DNA from: Vicugna vicugna
Lineage: Eukaryota
Length of the DNA: 64,000 bases
Direction: 5' to 3'
Assembly (NCBI GenBank): GCA_013265495.1
Contig: MU058839.1
Location: forward strand, 124,001-188,000
The translations under genes were made by a program, and so were the position numbers. This document shows positions 24,801-37,560 of this stretch, one piece after another. Position 1 is the stretch's first letter. Every line of letters starts with the position of its first letter. The notes under the pieces are model-generated. The model ran no database searches and had not been told where the DNA came from. It saw only the letters and a list, made by a program, of their open reading frames with translations.

Positions 24801-26359
24801 TGCTAAATGGATTGCAAGCATCCATTTTCTTCCCTGTCTTTTTAAGTGATAAGTAATCCTTTTGCTTGAATTCGGGATGTTTTCCATGGCTCTTTCCTAA
24901 TATTTACCTCCTTCAGAATGATAGGAGAAAATAGTATCTTGAAAACTAATTATGCTGTGTCCTAATTTTTTTATAATTAATATTGTTACTAGTAATAACA
25001 TTGCTACACTAAAAAATGCTTTCAGGGACAGAATCCTTACCATTTGTAACCTGGTAGACAAATCCTGGATTATCTTAATTTTTTAGACTGTGTAAGTGAT
25101 ACTGATTTTGGTAAATAACTCCACTAAATTCCCTGTCTTTAACTCGTATTTGTCAGTGACTCACTATTTCTGTGGTAGCTGTCACTCACCTTTTCACTGT
25201 AATTTAAAATGTCCTCTCAAAGTGCAGCCAAGACCCTCACAAATGCTTTCTCAATGGAGGTCTTTCCTCAACAGACTAATTTTTTTTTCTTCTTTACGTA
25301 TGATTTAATTTTACTCTTTTCAGAGAATTATCTCTAAATATCCTATAAGCAAAAGATTCTGGAAGGAAAGTTATGGTTCCTGGGTTTTCCTTTTGAGCAT
25401 TTGAACTGCAGAATTCTACTGCAGAATAAATACTCTTGTTTGTTACAGGCACCTTATCTGCAGAAAACAGTACTCACACTTTCAGATAAGGCCACTGGAT
25501 GTATTGGTGTTTCAGTCATAATTATGATGTGAAGATTAATCTCTACCTTTCTTGCTTAGATTTTTTTCTCTGATATAGCTTCACTTTATTTTTTTCATAA
25601 GTTCTCTACCATAAATAAACTTATAACTACAGAAATCCTTTTCCTGCATAAAAATCCTTTATTTATTTATTCACTGAAAAATCTGCTGCTTGCTCTAGCA
25701 GGGACACAAAGATGAAAAGCACATAGATTATTTCCTATGTTAATAAAATATTAATAATGGAAATATTCATGACGTCTTAACTATTACAGTACAGGAGAAT
25801 GACATAGACAAACACTACTTAAATAAAATGGAAATATCTCATTAAATCACTAACTTCTACAATAAATATCTTCTTTAAATATTAAAATTAAAAATAAGAA
25901 GCTGTGCTCTGTTATATGTAAATGTCCTAAAGAAAAATCAGGGGCTGACTGAAGAATGATTCCCAAAGAAATTCAGGTCAAGAAGTTATAAACTGTTTGA
26001 CAAAGGTAGAAATTCCATTTGTGATAAAATGACAAGACTGAGAAGGTGGAATAAGATTAAAGTCATGCAAAAGACACTCAACAGGAGAAACAATCACAAA
26101 TGTTGCAAATATTTTGTAATGGAAGGGAAAGAAAAAATGGCCACACTTTCTCCTATGACAGAGGGGATAAGGCTGAAAGAGCCTGGGAGTCTCAGTAGAT
26201 TACAAATAACATGAGATTATCTTTGAAAGATTTAGAACATTAATTAAAGTCATCATCCCAGAAGCAAGAAAAAAATGGCTACAGGCACAGCTTTAACCCC
26301 CAAATTCTGGAAAGCAGACAGCCCCAGGATATGTGACCCTAGAGGAAGAAAGAGAGTAA

Positions 26360-26580
26360 GATGATGATGATGGGTGATGATGATGGTGATGATAAAGAAT
26401 AGCTACCTTACAGGGCACCTGCTGTGTAGCAGGCACTGTGCTCAGTACCTATCATTCCATTTCACTCTGAATTACCCTTGGAGACCATCGTTATTAATGT
26501 TTTACTGAAGGGAAAAACCAAGGAGCGGAGAGGTGATGAAATTTTCACCAGGTCACTATTAGGTGATAACCTGTGGTTGG
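26360..26580 (-). mobile_element. MIR with (GAT)n tail
   Basis: (GAT)n 26360-26393, then 'gggcacctgctgtgtagcaggcactgtgctc...aagggaaaaccaaggagcggagagg'. Confidence 0.65.
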
Positions 26581-27194
26581 ATGATTCCTCTTCCTCTTAC
26601 CTCTCTCACTTGGGACACCCCTTCAGTGCTTCTCCATCCCTGCTATCCATCTCACGTGTAACTCTACATTCTCTGGAATGACACCCTTCCAGGTCCAGCC
26701 AGAGTCAGTAAGGGAACATTTATAAAATACAACAGACGTCTCCAGATGTAGGAGTTTATCTCTGCCTGTACAATAAGCAGATAGACCCTGACTCCTATTG
26801 AAGCCATATTCATGCAAAATAATTGCATCCACCAAAGAGAACTGATCTTATTCAGGGGCTGATCACCTGGTCTGTGGATTGAGAGTTGATGATAAAACCT
26901 TGTCAACAAAGTTACTTTGAATTCATAGAGAATCTTTCATCTGAAAAGGCTTTATAGTTAAGAGATGAGTGATTGCCCAGATTCTTGGCAAATTCTATGT
27001 TGGAGCTTAGAAAATAAACTACAGTTATGGATTTCCATATCATATTTTATGAGCAATGTATTTACCCTAATTCCTACTTTTCATTCTGTACCTTTTAAAC
27101 TATGTGATAAGATTTAAAGCACTACAGTCATTCTTCTAGTGGGTAGTTTGGCAACGTAGTTTTGCACATTTTAAGTTTCTATAAATTAATAAAA

Positions 27195-27395
27195 ATAATA
27201 GCAACTAATGTTTGTATAGCACTTTCAATTTATAGCTCTCTTTTCCAGACAGATAAGAGTATTGTTTCATTTTTTAGGTGAGAAAACTAGGATGGAAGAG
27301 TTTAGTGATATATCCAGGTTCACCTAACTAGTAAGAGTTAAGCCTGGTCCTTCCAGCTGCACATTAGAGGAGTTTTCTCCTGCCCACACTGCCCT
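27195..27395 (-). mobile_element. MIR fragment
   Basis: 'catttttttaggtgagaaaactagg...aggttcacctaactagtaag'-type core. Confidence 0.6.
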
Positions 27396-28649
27396 TTGTT
27401 CCCAGTGTATGATATATTCTGTAGATTCTGAGTTAGTTCCTCAAGTCACCAGTGTAGCCTGGAAATAGGTAGGTGTTCAAACTGTGTGTTTAATGACTAT
27501 TGAATAGGAAAGTATTTTTACTTACATTGTTTCTATTTATCTCATTTCCATAATTCATATAAAAAGCCCCTTTCTGTCATAAGTAGAGGCCTACCTGTAT
27601 AGACAGGAAATGAGGTCCAGAGAGGTTAATTAAGTGCCTAGAGCCATATAAGTGATTTACTAGCAGAACAAGAAACACTGAGCTCCAATTCTATCTCATC
27701 TGAGTCGATCTTTGCCTTTTGCAGTGTAAAATGCCAATCTCTGTCCAGCTTGCTCTGTTTTTCAGTGCATGCACTTTCCTGGTCATAAATGTTTTCTTTC
27801 TTGTATGCCTAGCCAGAAGCACATTTAAAGGAAGAGCATGACATATACTATATAAAAAGATAGTATTTATTGTTGAATATTTCCCATTCGAATCTCAACA
27901 TCTCAGTCTAATTGGATGTCATTGATAAGAATTGGTAAGGATCAAGTTTCAGGCAAACAACTCCATTTTAAACATTGGTCACATTAAAAAAAACACTGAT
28001 TTAGGAAATGGAACAAGATACAGATTTTTTTTTAAAGCTAAACAATTTCATGTGATTGCGTATAGGTAGTGACAACATACCTTTAAATGTAAGACATTAT
28101 TTGGATTTGTATTAAAAAATAGGAAAAAAATGAGTAATAAGTATTCCTAGTTTAAAAAAATCCAGCTCTTTGAGACATGAAGAATCACATGTCAATAACA
28201 ATAGGAAAACTGCATCTTTTTCATAAGCAGATAGTGAAATTTTATCTTAATGGACTGAATAGCAATCAAGATGGTCCAAATTAATTTTCTAAAAAGGAAG
28301 AGTTGGGAATTTATCCTAAAATTTTATTAAAAATAATACTTTACTTAAATGACAATGAAGTATAATAATTTCAGCATTCCTTTTTTTTTATTAGTGAACT
28401 AGAATTTACACATAGAATAAAAATGACATGTCTTCTATGGCTTATTGATTGCTTTTCTGCCAGTCACTTTCATTTTCATCTCACTGAACTTCTGTTACAA
28501 ATGGTATCCTGTATAAATGGAATTTTACTTTTTTATCAAAGAGTGGCGATTTCATTCTCTCCCTTAGAGAGAATCCACTGCAAAATAGAGCCAGCATAAT
28601 TACATACGTACTTTTATAACTTCAGTATCATAATATTTTGATTTTGCTT

Positions 28650-29110
28650 TACATCACACACTTTCCCAGCTGGTGGGCAGCTTCGGTTTCAGCTTTGTGG
28701 ATTATATTAGTAACGGGGGAAGGAGTTATCATACATACACATTATGAAACCAATGAAACCGACACTCTGGTGTTGTTTGCGGATACAATAATACATCTGT
28801 TTGATAGTCTTTGAGTTGCTTGGTTGTAACTTCTTGTACTCCAGGTGTGGTGGCACTTACAATTATTTATAGTGTGCTGGTGCTTACGCAGCAGCAGCAG
28901 CAGAATCTTAGTGCACGGTGGATAGCGCGGAAAGGAGAAAGACTTAGGAGAACTGATGAGGACGGTAGAGACCAAGATGAGTCAAACGAGGTGATGCTGA
29001 CAGAGGTCCACACAGTCAGAGCAAGTGAGGGGAGCAGATGACAAGAAAGCAGGCAGTCAGCACAGACAACACCTGCAGACCCTTCCCCAGGGTCTCATGA
29101 GGTGTAAGAG
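28650..29110. promoter_or_regulatory. Candidate enhancer/promoter: CpG-retaining unique segment with MEF2/TATA-like site and E-box cluster
   Basis: TTATTTATAG 28863-28872; E-boxes CAGCTG, CATCTG, CAGGTG, CAAGTG, CAGATG and CACCTG; locally raised CpG density. Confidence 0.4.
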
Positions 29111-29159
29111 AAGAAGCAATTTCCTGCTTCAGTTTTGGAAGTCCACCGTTCTCATGGGA

Positions 29160-29320
29160 AGTAATTCTTCAACACCGTGCGTATGAATCCCCTGGGGATC
29201 TTTTAAAATGCAGACTCTGATTCGAGAGGTCTGAGATGAGGCCTTCGAATTTCCATTTCTAGCGAGCTTCTAGATGGTACTGATGCTGCTGATGCAGGGA
29301 TCATATATTGTACAGCAGAG
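29160..29320. mobile_element. MER5-like MITE
   Basis: 'gaatcccctggggatcttttaaaatgcagactctgattc...catttctagcgagctt...tgatgctgctg'. Confidence 0.75.
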
Positions 29321-29476
29321 TCTTAGGACAACCCAGAGATGAGCAAAGCAGATAACTGAAAAGCTGACTAGAGTGAGGAGTGTAGAGTTGGGGAGCAAGT
29401 GTAGTTCCTAACAGAGGCAGAATTTGCACATTTATGGTATTTCAGGAGAAAAAGCAAACTTTGTTGGTGGCTTCTT

Positions 29477-29911
29477 GTTACACATTGACTTGCCCTCCAA
29501 AAAAGACACTGTAGAAGTCCTAACCTTCCAGGATTTTAGAATGTGATCTTACTTGAAAATAGGGTCTTTACAAAGGTAATCTAGTTCAAATGAGGTCATT
29601 AGGATGAAACCTAATTTAATATGACTGGTGCCCTTATAAAAGGGAAAATTTGGGCACAGATAGGGACATGCACAATGTGAAGACACATAGGGAGAAGAGG
29701 GCCATGTGACTGGAGTGACACATCTATAAGCCAGTGAACACCAAGGACTGCCAGCAAACTCCAGAAGCTAGAGGCAAGGCAGGATTCTTCCCTAGAGCAA
29801 GGCCCTGCCAACACCTTCATTTCTGAATTCTAGCCTCCAGAACTGTGAGACAGTAAATTTCTGTTGTTTTAAGCCAAACAGTTTTTATACTTTGTTACAG
29901 CAGCCTAATAC
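29477..29911 (+). mobile_element. MLT1 (MLT1B/C-like) MaLR solo LTR
   Basis: TG...CA termini; 'gaaaatagggtctttacaaaggtaat', 'ctagcctccagaactgtgagacagtaaatttctgttgttttaagcc', end 'ctaataca'. Confidence 0.9.
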
Positions 29912-31485
29912 ATGGCTAAATAGTAAGAATATTGACCTGCCACATTTATTTCTTTTTCAAATTGAAGTATAATTGGTTTATAATACTAATTTAGTTGTAA
30001 GTATGCAACATAGTGATTCAGTATGTATCTTTGTACATTACAAAATGATCACAAGTGTAGTTATCATCTGTCACCATACACATTTATTACAGTATTATTG
30101 ACTATATTCCCTGTGCTCTACATTGCATCCCTATGACTTATTTATTTTACAACCTCTTAATCTCCCTCACCTATGTCATCCATCCCCTTCACTCCTTTCC
30201 CCACTGGCAACTACCAGTTTGTTGTTTCTATGAGTCTGTTTTGTTTCATGTTTGCTCCTTTGTTCTGTTTTTTTAGATTCCACATAGAAATTAAATCATA
30301 CAGTATTTGTTTTTCTCTGACTTATTTCATTTAACATAATACTCTATAAGTGTATCCATGTTTTTACAAATGGCAAGATTTCATTCTTTTTCATGGTTGA
30401 GTAATATTCCAGTGGTTTTTTCTTTTTCTTTCTTTTTTCTCTTTTTGTATGTGTGTGTCTCTTCATCTGTTGATGAACAGTTTTATTCTACACTTCATTT
30501 TGTCCATTCATCTGTTGGTGGATGAATGGTTACCCAGTCATCTGCCATTATCCATTCATTTGTTGATGGACACTTAATTTGTTTCCATATCTTGGTGATT
30601 GTAAATAATGCTGCAGTGAACATGGGGTACATATATCTTTTCAAATGAATGTTTTTGTTTTCTTCAGAAAAATATCCAGAAGAAGAATTGCTGAATTTTA
30701 TGGTAGTTCTACTTTTAATTTTTTAAGCAACCTCCGTATGGTTTTCCATAGTGACTGTAAAAATTTACATTCTCATCTACAGTGCATGAGTGTTCCCTTT
30801 TCTCCACATTCTCACCAGCCCTTGTTATTTCTTGTTTTTTTGATAATAGCTATTCTGATAGGTGTGAAGTGGTATCTTGTGATTTTAATTTGCATTTCCC
30901 TAATGATTAGTGATGTTGAGCATCTTTTCATGTGTATTTTGTTCATCTCTATGTCTTCTTTGGAAAAATGTCTGTTCAGGTCCTCTGCCCATTTTTTAAT
31001 CAGGTTGTTTGGTTTTTGGATATTTAGTTGTATGAGTTCTTTCTATACTTTGGATATTAACCCTTCTTCAGATATATCATTTGCAAATATCTTCTCCCAT
31101 TGAGAAGACTGCCTTTTCATTTTGTTGATAATTTTCTTCGCTGTGCAAAAGCTTTTTAATTTGATATTATGCCATTTGTTTATTTTTGCTTTTGTTTCCC
31201 TTGCCTGAGAAGACAACCAAAAAAAAAATATTGCTAAGACCAACGTCAAAGAGTATGCTGCCTATGTGTTCTTCTAGGAGTTTTATGGTTTTAGGTCTTA
31301 CATTTAAGTCTTTAATTCATTTTGAGTTTATTTTTTATATGATGTGAGAAAGTAGGCAGGTTGATTCTTTTGCATGCAGTTGTCCAGTTTCCCCAACTTA
31401 TTGAAGAGGCTGTCTTTTCCCCCATTGTATATTCCTGCCTCTTTTGTTGTAGATTAAGTGACCATATAAGTATGGATTTATTTCT

Positions 31486-31718
31486 TTTTTTAAACATTTT
31501 TAATTGATTTATAATCATTTTACAATGTTGTGTCAAATTCCAGTGTAGAGCACAATTTTTCAGTTATATGTGAACATATATATATTCATTGTCACATTTT
31601 TTTCTCTGTGAGCTACCATAAGATCTTGTATATATTTCCCTGTGCTATACAGTATAATCTTGTCTATTCTACATTTTGAAATCCTAGTCTATCCCTTCCC
31701 ACCCCCCACCCCCTTTCA
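31486..31718 (-). mobile_element. Young camelid-type L1 3' end nested in the older L1
   Basis: Same family as 1944-2148; TSD atttatttct at 31476-31485 and 31719-31728. Confidence 0.9.
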
Positions 31719-31945
31719 ATTTATTTCTGTTGTCTCTATTCTGTTTCATTGATCTGTGGGTCTGTTTTTGTACCAGTGCCTTACTGTTTTGATCACTGTA
31801 GGTTTCCAGCATAGTTTGAAATCAGGAGCATACCTCCACCTTCAATCTTCTTTCTCAATATTGTTTTGGCTATTTGAGGTCTTTTGTGTTTCCATACAAA
31901 TTTTAGACTTATTTGTTCAAGTTCTGTGAAAAACACCATTGATAT

Positions 31946-32018
31946 ATTTTTTTTACTTATGTATATGCAGTTTCCAGTGTGTCAATTTCTGGTGTACAGC
32001 ATAATGTTTCAGTTATTC
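31946..32018 (-). mobile_element. Very short L1 3'-end insert nested in ORF2
   Basis: Poly-T followed by 'gtcaatttctggtgtacagcataatgtttcagttattcatatac' interrupts the host motif 'ccattg..attttgataggga'. Confidence 0.7.
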
Positions 32019-33479
32019 ATATACATAATTTTGATAGGGATTACACTGAATCTGCAGATTGCCTTGGGTAGTATGGTCATTTTGACAATATTAATTCTAC
32101 CTATTCAGGAGCATAGCATATCTTTTCATTTGTTTGTGTTGTCTTCAGTTTCTTTCATCATTGTCTTATAATTTTCCAAGTATAAAGTCTTTTACCTCCT
32201 TGGTTGAATTTCTTTCTTGATATTTTATACTTTTTGATGCAATTGTAAATAGGATTATTTTCTTCATTTCTTTCTGATGGCTCCTTGTTATTGCATAAAA
32301 ATACAACAGATTTCTGTATATTAATTTTGTAACCTAAAACTTCACTGAATTTACTTATGAGTTCTAGTAGTCTTTTGGTGGTATCTTTAGGATTTTCTAT
32401 AAATGGTATCATGTCATCTGCAAACAGTGACAGTTTACTGCTTTCCTTCTTTCTAATTTTGATTCCTTTCATTTCTTTTTTTTCCTGATTGCTGTGGCTA
32501 GAACTTTCAATACTATATTAAATAAAAGCGGTGAGAGTGACATTCTTGTCTTGTTCCTTATCTTAGAGGAAGTGCTTTCAGCTTTTCATCATTAAGTATG
32601 ATGTTGGCTGTGAGTTTGTCATATATGGCCTTTATTATGTGAAAATATGTTCCCTGTATACCCACTTTGTTGAGTTTTATCATAAATGGATTTTCAATTT
32701 TGTTAGAAGCTTTTTCTGTATGTATTGAGATCATATGATTTTTATTCTTCAGTTTGTGAAAGTGGCATCTCACCTTGACTGATTTGTAAATATTGAACCA
32801 TCCTTGCAACCCTAGGATGCATCTCAGTTGGTGTATGATCCTTTTAATGCATTGTTAAATTCAGTTTTCTAGTATTTAGTTGAAAATTTGTACATCCATG
32901 TTCATCAGTGATGTTGGCCTGTAATTTTCTTTTTTGTATTGTCTTTGTCTGGTTTTGGTATCACGGTGATGGTGGCCTCATAGAATGAGTTCTATGAACC
33001 CCAGGCTAGGACTTCTTGCTCCTTGGGGAGAACCTCTGCAGTCGTGATGATCTTCCCACTTATGGATCACCTACCCAGGAGTGTGTGTCTGGACTATACC
33101 ACGTCTCTGCCTCTCCTATTCTCCCATTGTAGTTCCTTCTTTATATCTTTAGTTGTGGCAAATCTTTTCTGTTAGTCTTCAGGTTGTTTTCATAGATAGT
33201 TGCTATGTAAATAGTTGTAATTTTGGTGTACCTATGTGAGGAGATGAGTTCAAGGTCTTCCTACTCAGCCATCTTGGCCACACTTTGCTTTGACACATTT
33301 TTGAACAAATAGTCAACAAGAAGAAAACTAGACATGGAAAGATTTAGCTCATTTCCCAAGGTGTGTAACTATTTAATAGAAAGAAGGTCTGGAAACTAGG
33401 TCTCCTAGTTGTTAGACAGTGCCTTTCCACTTAGTAGGCTTCTTCCCAAGAGCACAGATAAATGGACTAATCAATAAAG

Positions 33480-33760
33480 CAGCATTTCACAAACCTGTGT
33501 TCTGCAGAACCTTTTTCAGTGTTTTGTTAACAGGTACTGCAAAGGGTTTATGGTTAGATTGCAGAACACTTTAAATTCAAATACACATTAACTTAATTAA
33601 AGATCTGGGTAAAACCTATCAAAACCCCAACCCATTAGAAAAACTTACCAAGCATGTTAAATGTGATGAACCAGCAGTTCCCTAATTTTTATAGCACAGT
33701 ATACTTTTTCTGCCATACTCTTCTTAGCATCCTAGAGGATACTACTTTAGGAAATGCTGG
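33480..33760. mobile_element. hAT-type MITE
   Basis: Terminal inverted repeats cagcatttcacaaa ... tttaggaaatgctg. Confidence 0.6.
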
Positions 33761-34859
33761 ATGTGAGGGTAAAATTCATTGCAAGTAAGAAAATTCATAC
33801 AACAAAACAGCTACTTGAAAATTTAACTGCATTTTACTCTAAGTTATCCAGGAGTCTACCTGAGTTGTTTGTTGTTGTTTCCTTAAGGCAGGAGAGATGA
33901 TGCCCTCTGGGAAGAATTTAAAGAGTAAATTTAAAGGTCTATCATAAAAGTGAAGTAAGAGATCAGTCAGAGTGACATGGGGCAAAATGGAATCAAGCAA
34001 AACTGATGGGGTTTGTGAAGAAGAAATGAGGACAGGAAAATCAAATATTTAAGGCCTATTTCTGCAGTTAGTTTTTCTTCAGAAAAACCCCAATGAGCAT
34101 AAAGAAAGATTTTTGACATTTAGTGAACTTCATATCACTGGTGAGGAAAAACCACTGCACAAGTGCACAATGGATGACACATTTTCAGTGTTATATTCCA
34201 TATCTGTTGCACCTCCCAATTTGGGTGGGTACAATGACACCACCCAGGGGTACAGTTCACACTGGATGCTGCAGATTTGTGTAATGATTGGAACAATTTT
34301 GGCAGTAAAATTCCAACAAAATCAGCAATATAACAACTGCAAACAGATGGAAGCAAAGTACCCTGAGGAAAGGGGGCCTTTTTCAAAGCTACCAATGAGT
34401 TACCTGAGTTGGCATCAACCCTAGGACCCTTTCTCACTACCTACAATGTTCAGAACGCCATTTCAGCCAGGAGAACTGTGTGATATCACCATCTGACATT
34501 AGGATGACAAAAGAATGCTATAAGAAAAATGATGCTGTTCCATCCAGTGTACTTTCACTTTGTGTGGAGACCTGGGCCATATGCCCTGAAGGCCCCTTAC
34601 CCTGAGGAGCTAAGAATCTAACCAGACATGAAGAATAAGTCTCTCACTTGGGGATATTCATGAATTCTTCAAAACTGTTTATTCTAGGTGTGTTAATAAG
34701 AATCACCGTGCTTGGAAACAGAAGCGATTGATACACATACAAGGACAATACATTTTGAAATGTTAAAGTTGAGAATTTTAAAGACATAAACTGTATTACT
34801 CATTCAAAAGTGACAAAAGTGAAACATTAAAACTAAGTCAGTACATTCCAGACATCATT

Positions 34860-36065
34860 TTAGCTGTTGGAGACAGCAGGGTCAAAACAGGCACAGCTTC
34901 ATCTCCTTGGAGCTTATAGTCTAGGGCAGAAAACAGACTACACAGATTGTCACAGAAATAATAATATGACTATTCTTGTAAAAATTTAAGGAGGTAAAAT
35001 TACAAAGTGTCTTAAGTGCTTATGATAGAGGGTCCCTATCAAGACCAGAGAGTCCTTCCTGAGGAAGGCACCTTTAAGCTGTGATGTGAAGATTGAGTAG
35101 AAGTCAGGTAGGAAAGGCATGGGGAACAAGAGTTCCAGGCAGTGGAGAGATGTGTAGGTGGCCCCAGGCAGGAAGAGCTTCAGGTGTTCAAGATACAGAA
35201 GAAGCCAGAGCAGCCACAAAATTATAGGTGAAAGAAAAAGGATTGATTAGAGGAGGCAAGTGAATGAGATTACGCAGGTCCTTCTAGGTTAGGCTAAAGA
35301 TGTTAAATTCTTTCATGAGAGCAAAGTGGAGCCTTTGAAGCTTCTTAAGCAGGGAAGAGATACTCGATTTTAAAAGCCTGCTTTGTCTGCTGTATGTGAA
35401 AAAATTGAAAGCAGAACGAATAGAGCAGAGAGACCAGTTGCCTATTGTATTTGTTCAAGTGGGAGATGGTAATTTAGCCTTTAAGAATGTCAGTAAAGAG
35501 GAAGAGAAGTGGACAGGTTGAGATATATATTGGAGGTAGTATCTATAGGAAATATAATTAGTTATAAAATGAATAATTTATGCTAATAAAGGCACATGAG
35601 TGAAAATGGGATAATTCTCCCCAAAACTGTGTGTTTACACAGTGTTATATATAATTTAAATGATGACATTTCATGCTTCTATGGTGCATGAAATTTACTA
35701 AGCATTTCCTCAAAGATGAAAAAATATTAATTGAGCACCTGTTATGAGCCAGACTCTGTTCTAATACTGAAGATACAGATAACATGACAGACAAAATCCA
35801 TACCCTCATAAAGCTTGCCTTCTGATGATGGAGGCAATCAGTGACGTAAGCAAAAAGGTACCATATCAGGTGGCAATAATGTTTGTAAGGTAAAGCGAAG
35901 CAGGCTAAGGAGCTGGGGATGGGAGGACAGGGCTTTTCTGGCTACTTTGCTTGTCAAGAAAGACCTCTCTAATGAAGTAACGTTTGGATAGATATCCAAC
36001 TGAAGTGAAGGGACTGGGCATGCAAAGATACGGGGAGAAAATGTTGGGAGGTGAGGTTGGAGAGA
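34860..36065 (-). mobile_element. Two L2 3' fragments (34860-35550 and 35720-36065)
   Basis: 'ttggagcttatagtctaggg', 'cttcctgaggaaggcacctttaagctg', 'ttgagcacctgttatgagccagactctgttc'. Confidence 0.75.
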
Positions 36066-36084
36066 GTAGGAGAGATCCTCCTGG

Positions 36085-36375
36085 ATCCTGTTGTCAGAGA
36101 ATCTATTCCCCAGCATCTCCCTTGTGAAGTGATTATAGACTGGCTGGGTTCTTCCACCAAAGATCACTGATCTCTCAGGGTGGTCTACTCTTTACAATAA
36201 ACTCTGTTTTCTTCCAGAACCGAGATGGAGCAGTCCTGCTCATGCCATCCCTTGTTCCTGTGCTATCCATTTCCATGCCTGTATCTTTGTAACTAGTCCT
36301 TTGTAAATAAACCCTCCTCAGATTATGCTAATATGTATATACTATCTCTTTCCTATTAGAACTCCAACTGATACA
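36085..36375 (+). mobile_element. ERVL LTR16-like fragment
   Basis: 'tgtaaataaaccctcctcagatta...aactgataca' terminus. Confidence 0.6.
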
Positions 36376-36729
36376 GTGTTAAATAAATGCTTAGATAAGA
36401 AACTAGATGAAATCATGGTCCAGATATGAATTTGGATTTTAATTTTTTATGGATAATCCACAAAGTGATTTTACAGACACTGATTCCAAGTTAAATATAG
36501 TAGGAAGATAGAAGCACCAACCCATTTTCACTTGAGTGATTTAGTTTTTTTCTATTAACTTTCATTTAAAGCAAACATATTTAAGATAACTCTAAGATTG
36601 CTCAATAAAATCTCTTCAAGTTTTGCTTTAGATCCTGATTTGGAACATTGTCATTTTCATTTCTACTTTAAAATTTTAGGCTTTTCCTTAAGTCTTTATC
36701 CATATAAAAATTGCTTCTGATATAAAGAA

Positions 36730-37560
36730 GCAATTTACTAATGAAAAATTGTTCAACCTAACTGATAATCAAAGAAATGCATATACCAAATAATAAAATT
36801 GGCCAAAATGTTTTAAAATTATAGTATTTACTATTATTTAATGATAGTGCAAGGAAACAGGGACTCTCATATAACATGCTGGTACTAGAATACTTCGACA
36901 AAACATTTCTAGAGGATGATTTGCTAATGAAAAGCCTTCAATTAAACCAAACCAGGAAGTTTACTTCTAGGAATTTGTTCCTAGCAAATAATCAGAGATG
37001 TATCCACAGATATTCACTATAGGATTATTTCAAATACTCCCCTCTCAAAGAAAGGGAACATAGCTGACAAATAATATTGGGGAAAAGTTAAATAAATTAA
37101 CGGTATGTGCATATGATAGAATTCTATGAATCTATTAAAGAAAAACAATAGTCAAAGATTATCTCAACCTCAGTTCTCCACTGAGATCAGCTGTGAAACT
37201 TTTTAAAAATACCCATGTCTGAGTCTCTCTAAGGACCATCAAATCAATAGGCTGGGAGTAAGATCCAGTTTTCCATATTTTTAAAAATCCACACAGGTGA
37301 TCTCATGAAGAATTTAAAACCATTAAATACAGGACAATATATAACAACATGAGAACATGTTCCAGGCATAATGGTAAGAGCAGAAAGCTTGTTATAATAC
37401 AGTGAAACTTACTCAAATGCAGACCCAGAAAATAAATTGTAAGAATAGGTAGGTTTTAATCCCTGGGGAGTGGGACTATGGATGATTTTTTTCTTTTCTT
37501 CTTTCTCCCTCAATATACCTTCTAAATTTTCTATAACAAAAGTATATTCTTTTTAATTTC
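36730..37560 (+). mobile_element. Old L1 (L1ME-like) 3' fragments with a MER5-like insert at ~37165-37320
   Basis: 'taatcaaagaaatgcata', 'ggaaacagggactctcata...gctggt', 'acttctaggaatttg'. Confidence 0.6.

Larger units (their letters stand above)
29950..33290 (-). mobile_element. L1 with 5'UTR start joined directly to mid-ORF2, continuing to the 3' end
   Basis: ORF2p RT remnants '[10 protein letters not shown]', 'LSLFADDMI'; 5'UTR 'caagatggctgagtaggaagacc' on minus at ~33000-33280; probable TSD tg(c/a)cacattt at 29938-29947 and 33291-33300. Confidence 0.9.

Noticed and set aside
30645..31103. 152-aa hydrophobic ORF resembling a membrane protein
   Set aside because: Antisense reading of the L1 ORF2 3' region; the same applies to 31884-32171, 41060-41365, 43096-43386 and 58389-58684
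34113..34437. Overlapping ~100-aa ORFs on both strands
   Set aside because: Non-ATG starts and no domain similarity; unique sequence of unknown function
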